A stretch of DNA of 64,000 bases from assembly GCA_964658305.1 (NCBI GenBank), contig OZ210885.1:21142001-21206000 (forward strand). The letters are read 5' to 3'. The DNA is from Leptogorgia sarmentosa. Its lineage: Eukaryota. Numbering within the stretch: the stretch's first letter is position 1; each line of letters begins with the position of its first letter. Made by a program: the position numbers and the translations under genes. Of this stretch, positions 24,973-37,279 are shown in pieces. The notes beneath the pieces are model-generated. The model made no database searches. It worked only from the letters and a program-made list of their open reading frames with translations, and was not told the origin of the DNA.

Positions 24973-26917
24973 GGCAACTACTAAAAAGCGATACAACGAT
25001 ACAGCGATACAGGAACCGGAACCTGGAACCGGAGCTGGAACCGCGCATAATTTATGCAAATTTATGCAAATTAACAAACTTCATCACTGCAGGAGACATA
25101 AGTAATAAAAATTTTCAGGGGGGGGGATAATTTCTGATCTTTTCACGCTCCTGAGAAATATATAGTTAGAGATTCGTGAGACAAAAAGGAATGGTATTCA
25201 TGCCTTAAACCTCTTGTTTATAATGTCGCTTGCCTAAATGCTGGTTTCATGTAGGCAAGTACATATAGTTAACAGATAGGTCCCTAGTATAGCGGCTTCG
25301 CATAAAGCAACATAGGGACTAAAGCGTCACGTTCATGGTAATAATAAACATTAACATTAGTAAGGATTAAGAATTAAGTGTGTTATATGGGTATACTTTA
25401 GAGACATTTACTATTAAATCGAAACTAAGTCCCAAGTTACGTAAATAAGACGCGTGCTTAATGGTACAAAATGCGTGTTCAGTGTCCTGAATAAGATGTG
25501 TCTCAAATAAGACAGGCCAAACAGACTTGTATGTATAAATGGTCAAACTCGCGTCATGTGTTACTATTATTATCGTCAAAATATAAGTGTTACGCAGGTG
25601 CATAATATTGCGTAAACATTAAAGACAAGTTCCGCAGGCAAACTAAACATTACGCACGTGGAGGAGCTGATGAGTGACATTCTTGCTTCAAAATCCAAAT
25701 AAAGTAAATAATAAATTTTCGAACCTACGCAGAGTGTCAATCACGGTTCCAATTAGGCGGATAGAGAAGATAAACAATCTTGGATACTGTCAAAGTTTGA
25801 TCGAAATGTGTGGAAAAAGGCAGATGTGTTTAAACAGGCCGTGTACATTGTGTAAATAGAAACTTTGTACTTACGCGTGCGTATGCTTTGGGTTGCCATC
25901 AATCACGCCTCGAGATAATTCGCGCGGTTGAGTAATTACAATAATACGTCATCAAAATCTCAGTTCGTTAAATTCTCTTCTAAATTAACTTATAAAGCTA
26001 AGCCTAGATGTTGCACCTCGACTATTTTGCTATTAGTAAGTAATAAAGTAGGTTAGTTTTAACCTATCTAAGTGTCGGTAGAATGAGCGAAAAACTGACT
26101 TGAGAAGTGCAACAACACCTTAAACAAACAGAACCGGAGAGCTGGAACGAGGGTTCATAGTACAACACATGAACGCTGATTGGTGGATTCAGCATCGTGC
26201 CACCTCGCTGTTCACGTGTCCAAAGATCCCCTCGACCGCCAGTATAAAAGGAACTCCCCATTCCAACTTGAGTCAGTGGACGTAGTAAAAGCGTAGCAAA
26301 TGAAAAGGCTACCGAAACTCAAACAGGACAAACTCGACGAAGAAACGACAATAAACAACAACGCTAAGAAAAGAAGAAGACGGAAGATCGTAACGGACAG
26401 TAGGAATACCATAGGCACCATTGTAACGATTCCCTCCTCGTGCTAATAAAAACACATTTAACATAAGTATCATATTATTCAGTATAATATAAGTATCATA
26501 TTATCGTATAAATAGCCGTATTATAATCGCTTGTAACCGTCATTCCATCTGAATTTCGCAGCCTAAAAAGTGTGAATGTTGCCGGTGTCAGTAAACGAAT
26601 TTGATGCTATTATGCTATAAACACGACTTGCGAAGGTATTTTCGCTGCTTATAAGACTGGTCAAAGTCAATGCTACAATATGCTACAATAGTCAATGCTA
26701 TTATCAGATTTCATGCTCTGTATATTAAAACTCAATTGCAAGGTAAAATTATTTGAACATATCCCCCACCCCCGAAAATTTTTATCACTTATGTCTCCTG
26801 CAGTGATGAAGTGTGTTAATTTGCATAAATTTGCATAAATTATGCGCGGTTCCAGCTCCGGTTCCAGGTTCCGGTTCCTGTATCGTTGTATCGCTGTATC
26901 GCTTTTTAGTAGTTGCC
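24973..26917. mobile_element. Non-autonomous MULE-like element
   Basis: TIRs of about 160 bp (GGCAACTACTAAAAAGCGATAC...). Perfect 9-bp TSD AAAACTTAA at 24964-24972 and 26918-26926. Confidence 0.85.
25381..26463 (+). mobile_element. Probable solo LTR
   Basis: TGTTATATG...CATTTAACA ends. Flanks TAAGTG / TAAGTA. Internal TATAAAAG near 26243 and AATAAA near 26445. Confidence 0.6.
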
Positions 26918-28149
26918 AAAACTTAACGAGGTATACCAAACCGCGCGATTACGATTGGTTCCATACCGGAGGTGTTAATTAAGAGGGTGGAGAGGCTGAT
27001 AAGTAGCTAAAGACCCCGCAAAACATTCTTTTACAGCATTTGAAAATATTGCAAATTTCCTCTACAAAAAGTAAAATAAGTTGACAGCGTTTGAACGAAT
27101 TGTTCCCAATTTTTACAGGACGTTAAACAATATCTGTGCAACAAAAATGTGTTCGCGTTTTCGATTTAATGAAGTACTTTCTTATTTCCTGAACCTCGTA
27201 TTGTCAAAAACACTACATCAACTTTGATGTTCTATATCAAAGCAAGTAAAATGTCTGTCAACAAATGTGAACACCTTTTTCTTCTTTCATCACTTAGGAA
27301 TAGAAACACGGCATTTCCGAGGTTTTTGGATAAAACCGGCGCTACTTAATTCTCGCGGCTCAAATAATGAGTATATTTAGGAAAACCCTCAGTGTGGCTT
27401 TTTGTTAAAGCGTACTGGTCTGCGGTAACGATTGTAGTTTCTCGAGACATTTATCAATATCTGCGCAAAATTTCAAGACAACTGGGTGTGAAAACTCGAA
27501 AGAAAATCCGCACATTCAAATTTCGCGTGTTCGACATTATTTTGTTGAACTCTGACCTTCAAAATATTATAATAACACGGAATGGAACAATGAACGCGTG
27601 ATTATATAGTACTGAACAAAAGGCTATCTCCGCGTAGTAATAGAAATTCAGTCTATTCACAATTTCAGGCCAACGTTAAATTTACTTTTGTTCGCCTACA
27701 TATGTAGTTTACTTATATTGCGGAATTGAAGAATCCCTGAGTCGCCACTATTCAGTATTCATGTAAACAATCTAGACAAGCACAACCCAAGCTTATTGAA
27801 GCTGCCGGACATCAGTATTATCTTGAATCATATCGTCTCTTCAGTCGATTAAAATAGATTACAAGGCAAAAGCGAGCAACTGGCTGAATTAGATTGTAGT
27901 AAATTGTTCTTTTACATTTTACATTGTACATCACATGAATCATGAATGGGAATATTTCGATAACTGCTAGGCTGCGACTATGCCGAGAACAAATGGCAAC
28001 AAACACGTTCAAATAAATGCGCTAAGTGAATACATAAAATTATGGTTTTCCTGTTGAAACTCGGTAACATTATAGTTACTCATACAAGGTCGCCCTCTTT
28101 AGCGTGCGCCATATTGTGTACACAAATATTTCATCCCCCGAACGCTTAC

Positions 28150-28318
28150 CAGTCAAAACGGCCCCTAGTCAAAACGGCCCCAAGTCAAAACGGCCCCTAG
28201 TCAAAACGGCCCCTAGTCAAAACGGCCTCTAGTCAAAACGGCCCCTAGTCAAAACGGCCCCTAGTCAAAACGGCCTCTAGTCAAAACGGCCCCATTACTT
28301 AGTCAAAACGGCCCCAAG
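28150..28318 (+). repeat. Subterminal tandem array, about 10 copies of AGTCAAAACGGCCCCT
   Basis: Directly visible. Inverted variants occur at 33305-33410. Confidence 0.95.
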
Positions 28319-28895
28319 TTGAAGTTAACCCTTTACTGTATGGCATTTCCTAGAGTTTAGGCAGCGTAAAAGTGTAAAGTATTGTATGCTAAAAACGCTT
28401 CATCCGTCTATCATATCATGATTGGTCAAGGTTGATGGTTCATCATGTCTTGAACAATATTGATATCATGATTGATCAAGGTTGATGGTTCATCAAAAAA
28501 GCCTCTCGAAATTTAAAAAAGACTTAAAAGGCTCTGAATTTTGCATTGACAATGACAATATCAACAATGTTTGTAAATAGTTAAAATATACATAGTTAAA
28601 TTCATTTCCAGCCGATAATTATATATAAAAATAAACATACTCCGAATAAAAGATCCATCTTGAACTCAATATTTGAGATGAAGCAAGAGGAGACAATTAT
28701 GATAGTGATATTTCGAATTTATTTCATATTCATATTTAAAAATAACAAAAAAATATAAATAAGTTTATGTTCAAACTATACTGCAGCTTCTATAGGAAGA
28801 CCAGAAAGCGCTCATATATTTCTTATATTATCATGATACAAAAATTATAATACAAAAATACTGTGTATACACAGGGCCCATAAACCAGTCAAGTG

Positions 28896-31800
28896 TTAGT
28901 CCATGTTTGCTGCGACGAGGTGGGCACACCTGGACAACAGCCGCTTTGCGGTCAAATCACCAGCAATATATTCAGACCAATTGGCCAATATTTTCCCCTG
29001 TACTTGTCGGTACTGTTTCCGCTGTCTTCTCTTTAATTTTTCATCTGACACCAAACGCACCTGCATGTCAACGAGTTGGGCTTGTTCGTGCAGGAGTCTC
29101 ACCATCAGATACAGTGAAAGGTTTCCGTGTTTGGCATGTCGGTTGAGCATACCATGCCAACCTTCTACATCATTATTGGTCCTGACTGCTTGACCAAAGA
29201 CACTCCACGTTTCTGGCGTCCACAGCTCCCCTAATCAATCACAATAGGACATGTTTGTTAATTATACTTAGTACATAGATCTGGACTGTAATACACCTGG
29301 TATAGAGTAAAACTAACAATTAGTAACGTAAACGAACATTGGTAACATGAACCAATAGTAAATTAGCTAAAAGGAGAAATGTGGTAAACTGCCAAAAGTG
29401 TTTAGGTCGGCTGACGTTTCGAGCGAAAGCCCTTCATATCAGGGCATGTTGAGCAACCTAAACACGTTTAGTTCACCACAGTTCTACTTTTGGCGTTGTA
29501 CTGCACACTGCATACGCAACACAACAGTTAATTACCTTCAATCCAGTTTGAACGAATATATGTAGCCAACTCGGTCAATAACGGCGTGGTGGCTTTGGCT
29601 GCTAGGTTCTCGAACATGGTTGGGATATGCTCTTTTGGCAAATAAGGAAGGGCCAAGAATTGCCTACACAACTTGTGTATCGCATCATCATTCTTGTAAG
29701 CTGGGGCTAGACCGATATTTTGGATTTTCCTCCAAATGCATTGTGCCCAATGGAATGAGCACCCATGGATGGATACATCTGGGAAAACCTGTGGTATGGC
29801 TCTCCACAAAGCACTCTCGAAATCAATCACTATCTTTTGCACTTTTCTGGTATCTGTGGTGATGCGCTTGATGACTCTGAGAACCTTCCGGTAGTCCCGT
29901 TTGCGTTTTCCTGACATCAATACAAATGCAAGTGGCACTTGCTTGGTACATTCACCACTTCGGACAAAGGAGTGGATGGAAAACAATTGTGTAAACGGAG
30001 CTTTAACCACTTTGAAGGTTCCGTCTATGTACCACGTCTTGGATCGTGCAAGCAAGGTTACCATGTTCTGGGTGGCAAAGACCAGGTGCCTCCTTCCATC
30101 GACTGTAACATCGGACTTGAGGAAGCCATCCGGGACATGATCTTCACTCAAGTCAAAATCAAGGTCTGTCGGCTCTGTTGGACGTTTCTTTTGCCGGTGG
30201 CGGTTTGCAGCCCTTGCAAGGTATTCGGGGTTTTTCAATGCAGGCAATGGCTCGGTTGTAGTTGCAACACCCTCTTCTAACATGACCTGAAATGAAACTT
30301 CATGTTAAGGTGGCTCTCTAGATTTTTGAGAAAAGCACGGTTGATCTACAGAATGAAAGCATGTTAGGAATCAGAAACTTTTCAGTAAACCTTTTGACAA
30401 CCGGTTATTAAAGGACAGGACGATTCCAAAAAAGACAATTCCAAAAAGGTTATCAATAAACATGGTTTCATGCATGCAACGACTTTTTAAAGAAATTCCA
30501 TGTTACTAAGGCCATATTGCATGTCAAACCATTCAATGAACTAAGTTTAGGAAGAATTCCGTCATAGTCAATAATAAATATACATATGCACCTTATTGAC
30601 GATCTCAGCTGCTGATGTGAAAATCTCTGTGGCAGCTATCTTTTTCACAGCTGTTGAAATTCTAGCTGCTTTTGCTGCTCCAATTTCAGCCGGATGGACA
30701 TGGGATTGTGATCCACGTGTGAATGCATCACCTTTCTGATGCACAGTTGCCTTACACCATACTGTCTTGTTCCTGACGCTGCACCTCCAAACTCGATTTC
30801 CATTCGCTCTACGTGTCTTTATTATGTAAGTGAAGCCTTCACTGTCAGCCAACTTCTCTTTCCCTTTTTGTGATCCATCCTTGATTATCTCATATGTTGT
30901 TATGGCTGGTACATTTTCTGTCTCATAGTGTCCTGGAATGTCATCCTCGATGGACGATTCGAACACTTGTTGTGGCACCTCAAAGCTAATGTTCTCAAGC
31001 TCATTCGATACATGACTGGATGGTGGAAGGGTGGGTGTGGAGTTGGCAGTTCCAGAAAACAAAATTGGAGATTCATGACCTATGATAATATAGAAGAGCA
31101 TTTACTTAGTATTTAACTTAACTTAACTGTTAACACTTAACTTAAGTGTAGTCGTAGGCACTTAACTTAAAGTGCTTATGAAACGAAATTTTCGCTACTC
31201 TTTTTATTGTTTTATTTGAAAGAGTTCGTGAAGTAACATGCAGTACTAAGTTTCTAACACTTGTAACATGCAGTGTACTAAGTTCTTAACACTTCTAACA
31301 TGCAGTACTAAGTTTCTAACACTTGTAACATGCAGTGTACTAAGTTTCTAACACTTCAGGTAACTTATCATGCACTAACGTAACTTATCATGCACTAACG
31401 TAACTTCGTATACTCACGTAACTTATCATGCACTAACATAACTTCATATACTCATATAACTTGATATACTCAAGTATTGAACATGAGCCAATAGTCATTG
31501 GCTACTAATAGTTGTGAAATCAATCATAGACAATTGTGAAATGGTTGTGATTGGTTTGTCACTGAAATGGCATCAGCCGTGCGTCTGTGGGATGCGTGAT
31601 CAAACTGTAGAACTGGTTTTATGGGTGTTTCCTTATGATTATGGAGAGATAAAATGCCTGAAATAACCATTAAAACAAAAAAGGGAAATAATGAAAAAAA
31701 GATTGGTGAATGCAATTGATACCTTGAGAGCCGCAGTCCATTTCTCCAGGTGCGTCAGTTTCGGAATTGCTGGCTGCCATGTCAACCAACATCATCACCA

Positions 31801-32165
31801 AATCTTCATCTACTTCTTGTCTGGCTGCAAGTAATCAAGTTATTAACAGTTTTGATATCATCTGGGTGTTTATTGAAAGCTGTTTCAACTATTTCTGTAT
31901 GGCTATATGAATTAGAATACTCACATTCTTCAACCAGCCTCGTGCTCTCCGCGCCAGGCAACAAGAATCCTGCACTCAAATTAAGGCAGTCTATGCAACG
32001 CCAGTCAATTTCTTCACCGCATCTAACAGCGGTTCGATACGCGATTAGCGAGATCCCACTGTTGCAGGTTCGATGTTGCCATCTTTCGCAGCAATCGCAT
32101 AACAGCCCCTGTTGCCGAGCTCTTACAGGCTCCTTGCAGCGAATGCAGTTATCTTCGGCAGACAT
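28896..32165 (-). CDS. PHD + FLYWCH + MULE DDE transposase, 5 predicted exons, apparently intact
   Basis: Exons at about 32165-31926, 31825-31723, 31079-30592, 30286-29536 and 29231-28896 join in phase with GT-AG introns. PHD CIRC..CDCCERWQHRTC..WRCIDC. FLYWCH-like GFTY..WRCS..WCKA..HVH. DDE motifs YIDGTF, VIDFE, CSFHW and TNNDVEGWH. Confidence 0.85.
29397..29465 (-). ncRNA. Degenerate type I minimal hammerhead ribozyme (Penelope/retrozyme-like remnant) in a MULE intron
   Basis: Minus strand reads CTGAT(AT)GAA-GGGC TTTC GCTC-GAAACGTC, enclosed by the stem GTGTTTAGGTTGCT / AGCCGACCTAAACAC. Confidence 0.6.
31230..31450. repeat. Minisatellites in a MULE intron
   Basis: About 4 copies of TAACATGCAGT(GT)ACTAAGTTTCTAACACTT, followed by GTAACTTATCATGCACTAAC repeats. 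Confidence 0.8.
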
Positions 32166-33871
32166 CTTCAGTAAAACGGTGAATAGAACTTCTGACTGTA
32201 GCGCAGCGGTGGTGAATGTTCGAGTGAAGATACTGTGTACTTGTAACGCATTTTATACGATTGTGTTTGGCCATTGATGACAATGACTGCGCAAGAACAA
32301 TGGCATGGTATCATCATTGTATCACAATAACTTATTGTGATACAGTCAATAACATCCGGATGACTCATACATGCTTCTGTTCAAGTTTTGTTTTTGATAT
32401 TTTTAAATGTTTTGTCCCGAAAATATAGTAGGTCAGCAATATATCTCAAGGCAATATATCTCATACACGCGTATTTGATTGGGTAATGAATGGAAGTTGC
32501 CTATCAATCGCAAGTTTATATCTGGAAATTATGTGTAACCGCTATAGTCTTCATATTTTGATTTTTAATTTTTTTGGTTTTTAAAAACATTCATTCCTTC
32601 CTGTATTAAACAATTCTCTTGTGCCTAATCTTCATTAAGTTTTAGCTTTGTAAATATAAATTTTATATGACTTATATACTTTAAAATATTTGTAATTCCT
32701 TTTTATATGCTCTTTTAGATGAACCTTATTTTCATAACTTTCATTGTTGTAAAGTAACACGCATTCCAGCTGTATTTAGCTGCAATGTGTTTTCTCAAAA
32801 TCTATCTATCTTATGGCTTTTTGAACATTTTTACAACAGCAAAATCACTTCGAGCAGATAAAGTTATCCGACTTTCGAACAACCGAACTTGCATGACAAC
32901 ATGATGACGCTGCATGCTACATGCAAGTTGTAGGATGTTTCGCATTTCCTGCGTGATGGACGATCATGTGAGGAATGATGACACGCTTACTTAAAAAAGC
33001 CCATTCAATTTGGATTTTATTCTTCTGTTAATTTTTCAAGCTATTTATGTTGTTTGTTTCAAGGCAATTAATGCAAACAACAGTCACAACAGGATTAACT
33101 GACAAAAGATGCGCTTGGACAATAGATCTATTTATGTTTTTGAAGCTTTATATAATAATACGATGACTCATTGCTAGACTCGGAAATATGGCTAAGTAAC
33201 TATGTATGATATTCAAGACATCTGCTTCAAAATATATATTACAAAAACCTAATAATCGTATGATATGAGTTCATGAATATAGTATTAATATAAGTCATTT
33301 GTATGGGGCCGTTTTGACCATCGGATGTGGGGCCGTTTTGACTATTGGATGTGGGGCCGTTTTGACTATTGGATGCGGGGCCGTTTTGCCTTGGGGCCGT
33401 TTTGACTGGTCACCCCCCAAACACGTGCTAAGTTGCAATTTTCGCAAAAATCGAAATTCCGGAGGGGCTTTGCGGCATTGATTACTACAACTTGAGGCAT
33501 CTTAGATCACATTACGTGTGTAGCTAACTTTTTTATCCATAAGTATAACCGCAAACAATGATGAACAATAGCATAACGATACAATTGCATACTATTTGTT
33601 CAAACATTGCAAAGAAATAAAGGCAACTACGAAGATTCGCACATCGAGGGAATTTGGGACGCGCCCCCCGGAGTTTACACTATGAATGACTATTTATTGC
33701 TCGATGACTGATGTGAATTTTGCCTCTCATCACAATACTGCAAAGTTTCTTTGAAAAACAGGGAACCAAAAAGGGAACGACGTTTAAAATATTAACAACG
33801 TGGCCAAATTAATAAATAAAAGACAAATTTTTATAAGAAATTTTTAAAAGAAATGTTTCTTTTATACAAAC

Positions 33872-34072
33872 CCGAGTGGTATTTTGCTGTGTTCGGCTTG
33901 GCGTTGAACTAGTCGAAGCTCGAGCCGACGAAGCCGAGGTTGTAGCTATCGTCGGTGTTGATGTACTGGCATTTGTGGACATGCTCGTACTTGCTGTTGC
34001 ACTGGGGCTTAAGAAAGCAGCCACTGCGCTTGCCACAACTCTCCCCAAATCGTCTGGGTTAAACGAAGCCAT
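33872..34072 (-). CDS. Putative first coding exon inside the IS3EU-2 right TIR (MASFNPDDLGRVVASAVAAFL..., Ser/Thr-rich)
   Basis: AAATGGC start and a phase-0 GT donor compatible with the HECT-gene acceptor near 24187. The mirror copy at 18008-18208 carries CGA>TGA. Confidence 0.5.
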
Positions 34073-36298
34073 TTGAATTTCAGATTTTTTGCGTTGTCAG
34101 AAATCGTCCGATCGATGAATATAATATGAAAATATATTTATTTCATTTACATGAATGCGCAAATGCGCGCGAAAATGTGTGACAGCTGGACAAAATGCGC
34201 GAAGGCTCCATTGTCGCTACTGCGCATACCAGCTGCGCATACAATGAAATTACAAATAATCATTTTCAAATAATGATTGTTTGCAAACAAGCATTTTCAC
34301 AAAATGATTATTTACAAATAAGCAATTTTTCAAAAATGATTATTTACAAACAATCATTTATTTTAAAAGGATTGTTTACAAATAAGCATTTTTCTACAAA
34401 TGATTATTTGTAAACAAGCATTTTCACAAAATGATTATTTACAAATAAGCAATTTTTTGGAAATGATTATTTACAAACAAGCAATTCACATTTGAATACT
34501 TGTTTAGAAATAATCATCTATACCATGTGATTATATGCAAACCATGGAAAATATAACACAAAAATTTCTTAAATAATTTTTTTACATCCGGCGCCTCATA
34601 TCTAAATACACAATTTTTATTTTACGATTTATTATAATTCTCTACTTGATATTTCAAATAATGTGTAACATGCCTATAATACGTATTCTGAGATACAAGT
34701 GTATTTTTCTTTTTAAAGTGAAAATAAGTTGAGAATTAGTTTCGGGTCGAACGAAATAGCATGCTGATTTTGAACGTATTTTTTATGATTACCAGATCTG
34801 TAGAAGTTTTTTATTTTTGTATATATTAGTTTGAAGATGACAAATAGCAGATGCACAATACATGGCTAGCCTTCGGGACAGAAAGATATAAATGTGTTTT
34901 TTTCACTTTGAAAATGAATGAAGAAAATAATCGAATTGAATCGTTTTATAGCTATATTATATGAGTATCTATATTTACACTAGACGGTTTATCTATACAT
35001 ATTACGTGGAGATATGATATTGATTAGTGTGATAGTTATTAACAAATCGGTTTTGATTGATTAGGAACAATCTTTAATCCTAATAGTTCTCATAGTTTTG
35101 CTATACGCTTACATGAAATAAATATAACTTATGATATTATTTATGCATTGGTGGAACAATTCAGAATATACAGCTAGCACATGATCCAAGAATGTGAAAT
35201 TCATCCAATTTCAACTTTTTTTTCTTGCAGTCAGCAGTCATGGCTTTTTTGGTCATTATCAGATAAAGCTACATGAAATTATTCAATGAAATTTTTGTTA
35301 CCTATTTGACCACAATTTTGGTTAATTTGATCATTGATAGTGCGCGTATAATTTATTACTTAATTGATCATGGCAGTGCACTGTTAACGTTCGGAATTGA
35401 AAAATACAGTGAACACAAAACTCTCACGATCTTGCACACGCTAGTTCAAATCCAAAAATTTCATAACTTGTTACCCTGAAAACGAAACGGCTGGCATGTA
35501 GATGCAATGATGTCGGGACCACTCTTATTCAAAACGTTGCTCTTGCTAATCAAGGTACGACCGACTAAAAATGATATAAAAAACGGAGAATAGTCATAAG
35601 ATAAAAATACAAGTGCTGTTTCCAAATTCAATTGGGATAGATTTAAATAAGTCACCCGTAGGCAGGTCACAATCATTTATAAACTAAGTAAATAATAAAA
35701 AGTTGATACACGTTACTATATTGTCAGAGCTTTGGGTTTATACTTTCTAGTCCTACGCATCCAAAGTAGTTTTAGTTTTTTTTTCTACTTTGAGCGTAGC
35801 GCTGTTTTATAATGAAGAATTTTTACCTTCTTTTGATCGGTGTACAGTGCATTATAGAACGCATTCCGGTTATATCCATTCACGTTGGAGCAAGCAAGTT
35901 ACACATCCATTTAGCATTTTCTTAGACTTGGAGAGGAGGCTGCATTAATCTATACAATTACCATGCATGGAGATCATAAGAGAACCGATGATTGGTATGC
36001 ACGTGCCATTGTATGCATATATATACAGACGCTCTATTTTTGTACCATTTTATTGTATACAAACCTGAAAATTATATTCAATTTCATTTTTCAAATCAAA
36101 ATTCTTGTTTTCATGTGTTGCCCAATTTAAGTGGCCAGTTTCGTTAAGCTGATAAAATAAAAACAAATCGAAACTGTCACCATTTTCACAGTATGCCAGG
36201 AACCGTTATTCGCAACGTTTAAAACTATAATAACTCAAAAATTGGTAATTCAACCGAATTTTCCATACCTCCATTGTCCCACTGATTTTGCTTCTTTG

Positions 36299-36446
36299 CT
36301 GTTACTTCAGTCTTATAGATATTGCAGCATGTATATTCTTGTTAGATAGCTATACTTAACGCCATCTTACTGCTGTTACTTCAGTCTTATAGATATTGCA
36401 GCATGTATATTCTTGTTAGATAGCTATACTTAACGCCATCTTACTG
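36299..36446. repeat. Perfect tandem duplication of about 74 bp
   Basis: CTGTTACTTCAGTCTTATAG...GCCATCTTACTG occurs twice. Confidence 0.9.
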
Positions 36447-37279
36447 TCTTGCATAACTTTCTTTATACAGCATTGATTTTTCTATAGTTGTTCATGTTTC
36501 CACATTTTTAACGAGTATATATATATAGAGATACGTCTAGCTAGTAATATAATAACTATTTACATGCATAAATATTTTAGTTGTATGTACTATATGTATA
36601 TTATCGTAAAATTGTCAATTTTATTGTTTGAATATGTTAAAAATTCAACAATTCTTCATGATTTAGTAGCTTAGAGGTACAAGGCTGTGCCACTATAGGA
36701 TAAAACAGTAGCACGACTCGCATTCTCTAGCAAGATGAAAAAATGTTGAAATTATTATTAATTATATACCGGCAGATGCTGCAACGGCGCACGTATAACT
36801 TCACATTTTCTCCATCTGCTGCAACAGCGCCTTATATGCTTGACATTCAGAAAAGCCTTTTATTTATATATTTCGATTTCGTGCAAAAACAAGGCATGCT
36901 TGAGAGGTTTTTAATAATGGAGTTCCCATATTGGCCTTTTACGATACAGCCATTTTGGCTGTATTGGAATATATTAGAATATATAGAAGCCATGAAATAT
37001 ATCTATATCTATAGATGTATTCAAATAGTATTGTTTCCGAAAAATTAATGTATCATCAATGTATTCTTTTTTTTTTAATTAGAAAGGCTTTACTGTATGT
37101 TACATATCTCGTGAGTCGCTAAGTCGCGCATAAATGTGCACTATACAGGGTGTATCAAAAAAAGGTTTACTGATGAAAAGCATTCTCTAAACTAACGAGC
37201 ACTCAAAATTTCCAAAGACTTTCGGTTAGCCTGGGTAGTTTAACACCCTCTGGTATATCTAGCACTAAGTTTATTTTAA

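Larger units (their letters stand above)
24362..27493. mobile_element. Non-autonomous insertion with an 8-bp TSD and subterminal inverted repeats (Zisupton-like)
   Basis: It interrupts the IS3EU-2 right TIR. TSD ACTCGAAA at 24354-24361 and 27494-27501. ACCCAGTTGT / ACAACTGGGT lies 5-6 nt inside non-matching ends. Confidence 0.65.
28144..33413 (-). mobile_element. Mutator-like (Phantom/FLYWCH-type) autonomous element
   Basis: Ends ..ACCAGTCAAAACGGCCCC / GGGGCCGTTTTGACTGGT.. with subterminal tandem repeats. TSD CCCCCGAAC / CCCCCAAAC (8-9 bp, one mismatch). It interrupts the IS3EU-2 right TIR. Confidence 0.88.
17471..34600 (+). mobile_element. IS3EU-type DNA transposon (IS3EU-2) with about 1.87-kb TIRs and nested insertions
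   Basis: Termini TATGAGGC...GCCTCATA. 6-bp TSD TCTAAA at 17465-17470 and 34601-34606. Left TIR is 17471-~19337. The right TIR is split into ~24316-24361, 27502-28143 and 33423-34600. Confidence 0.9.
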
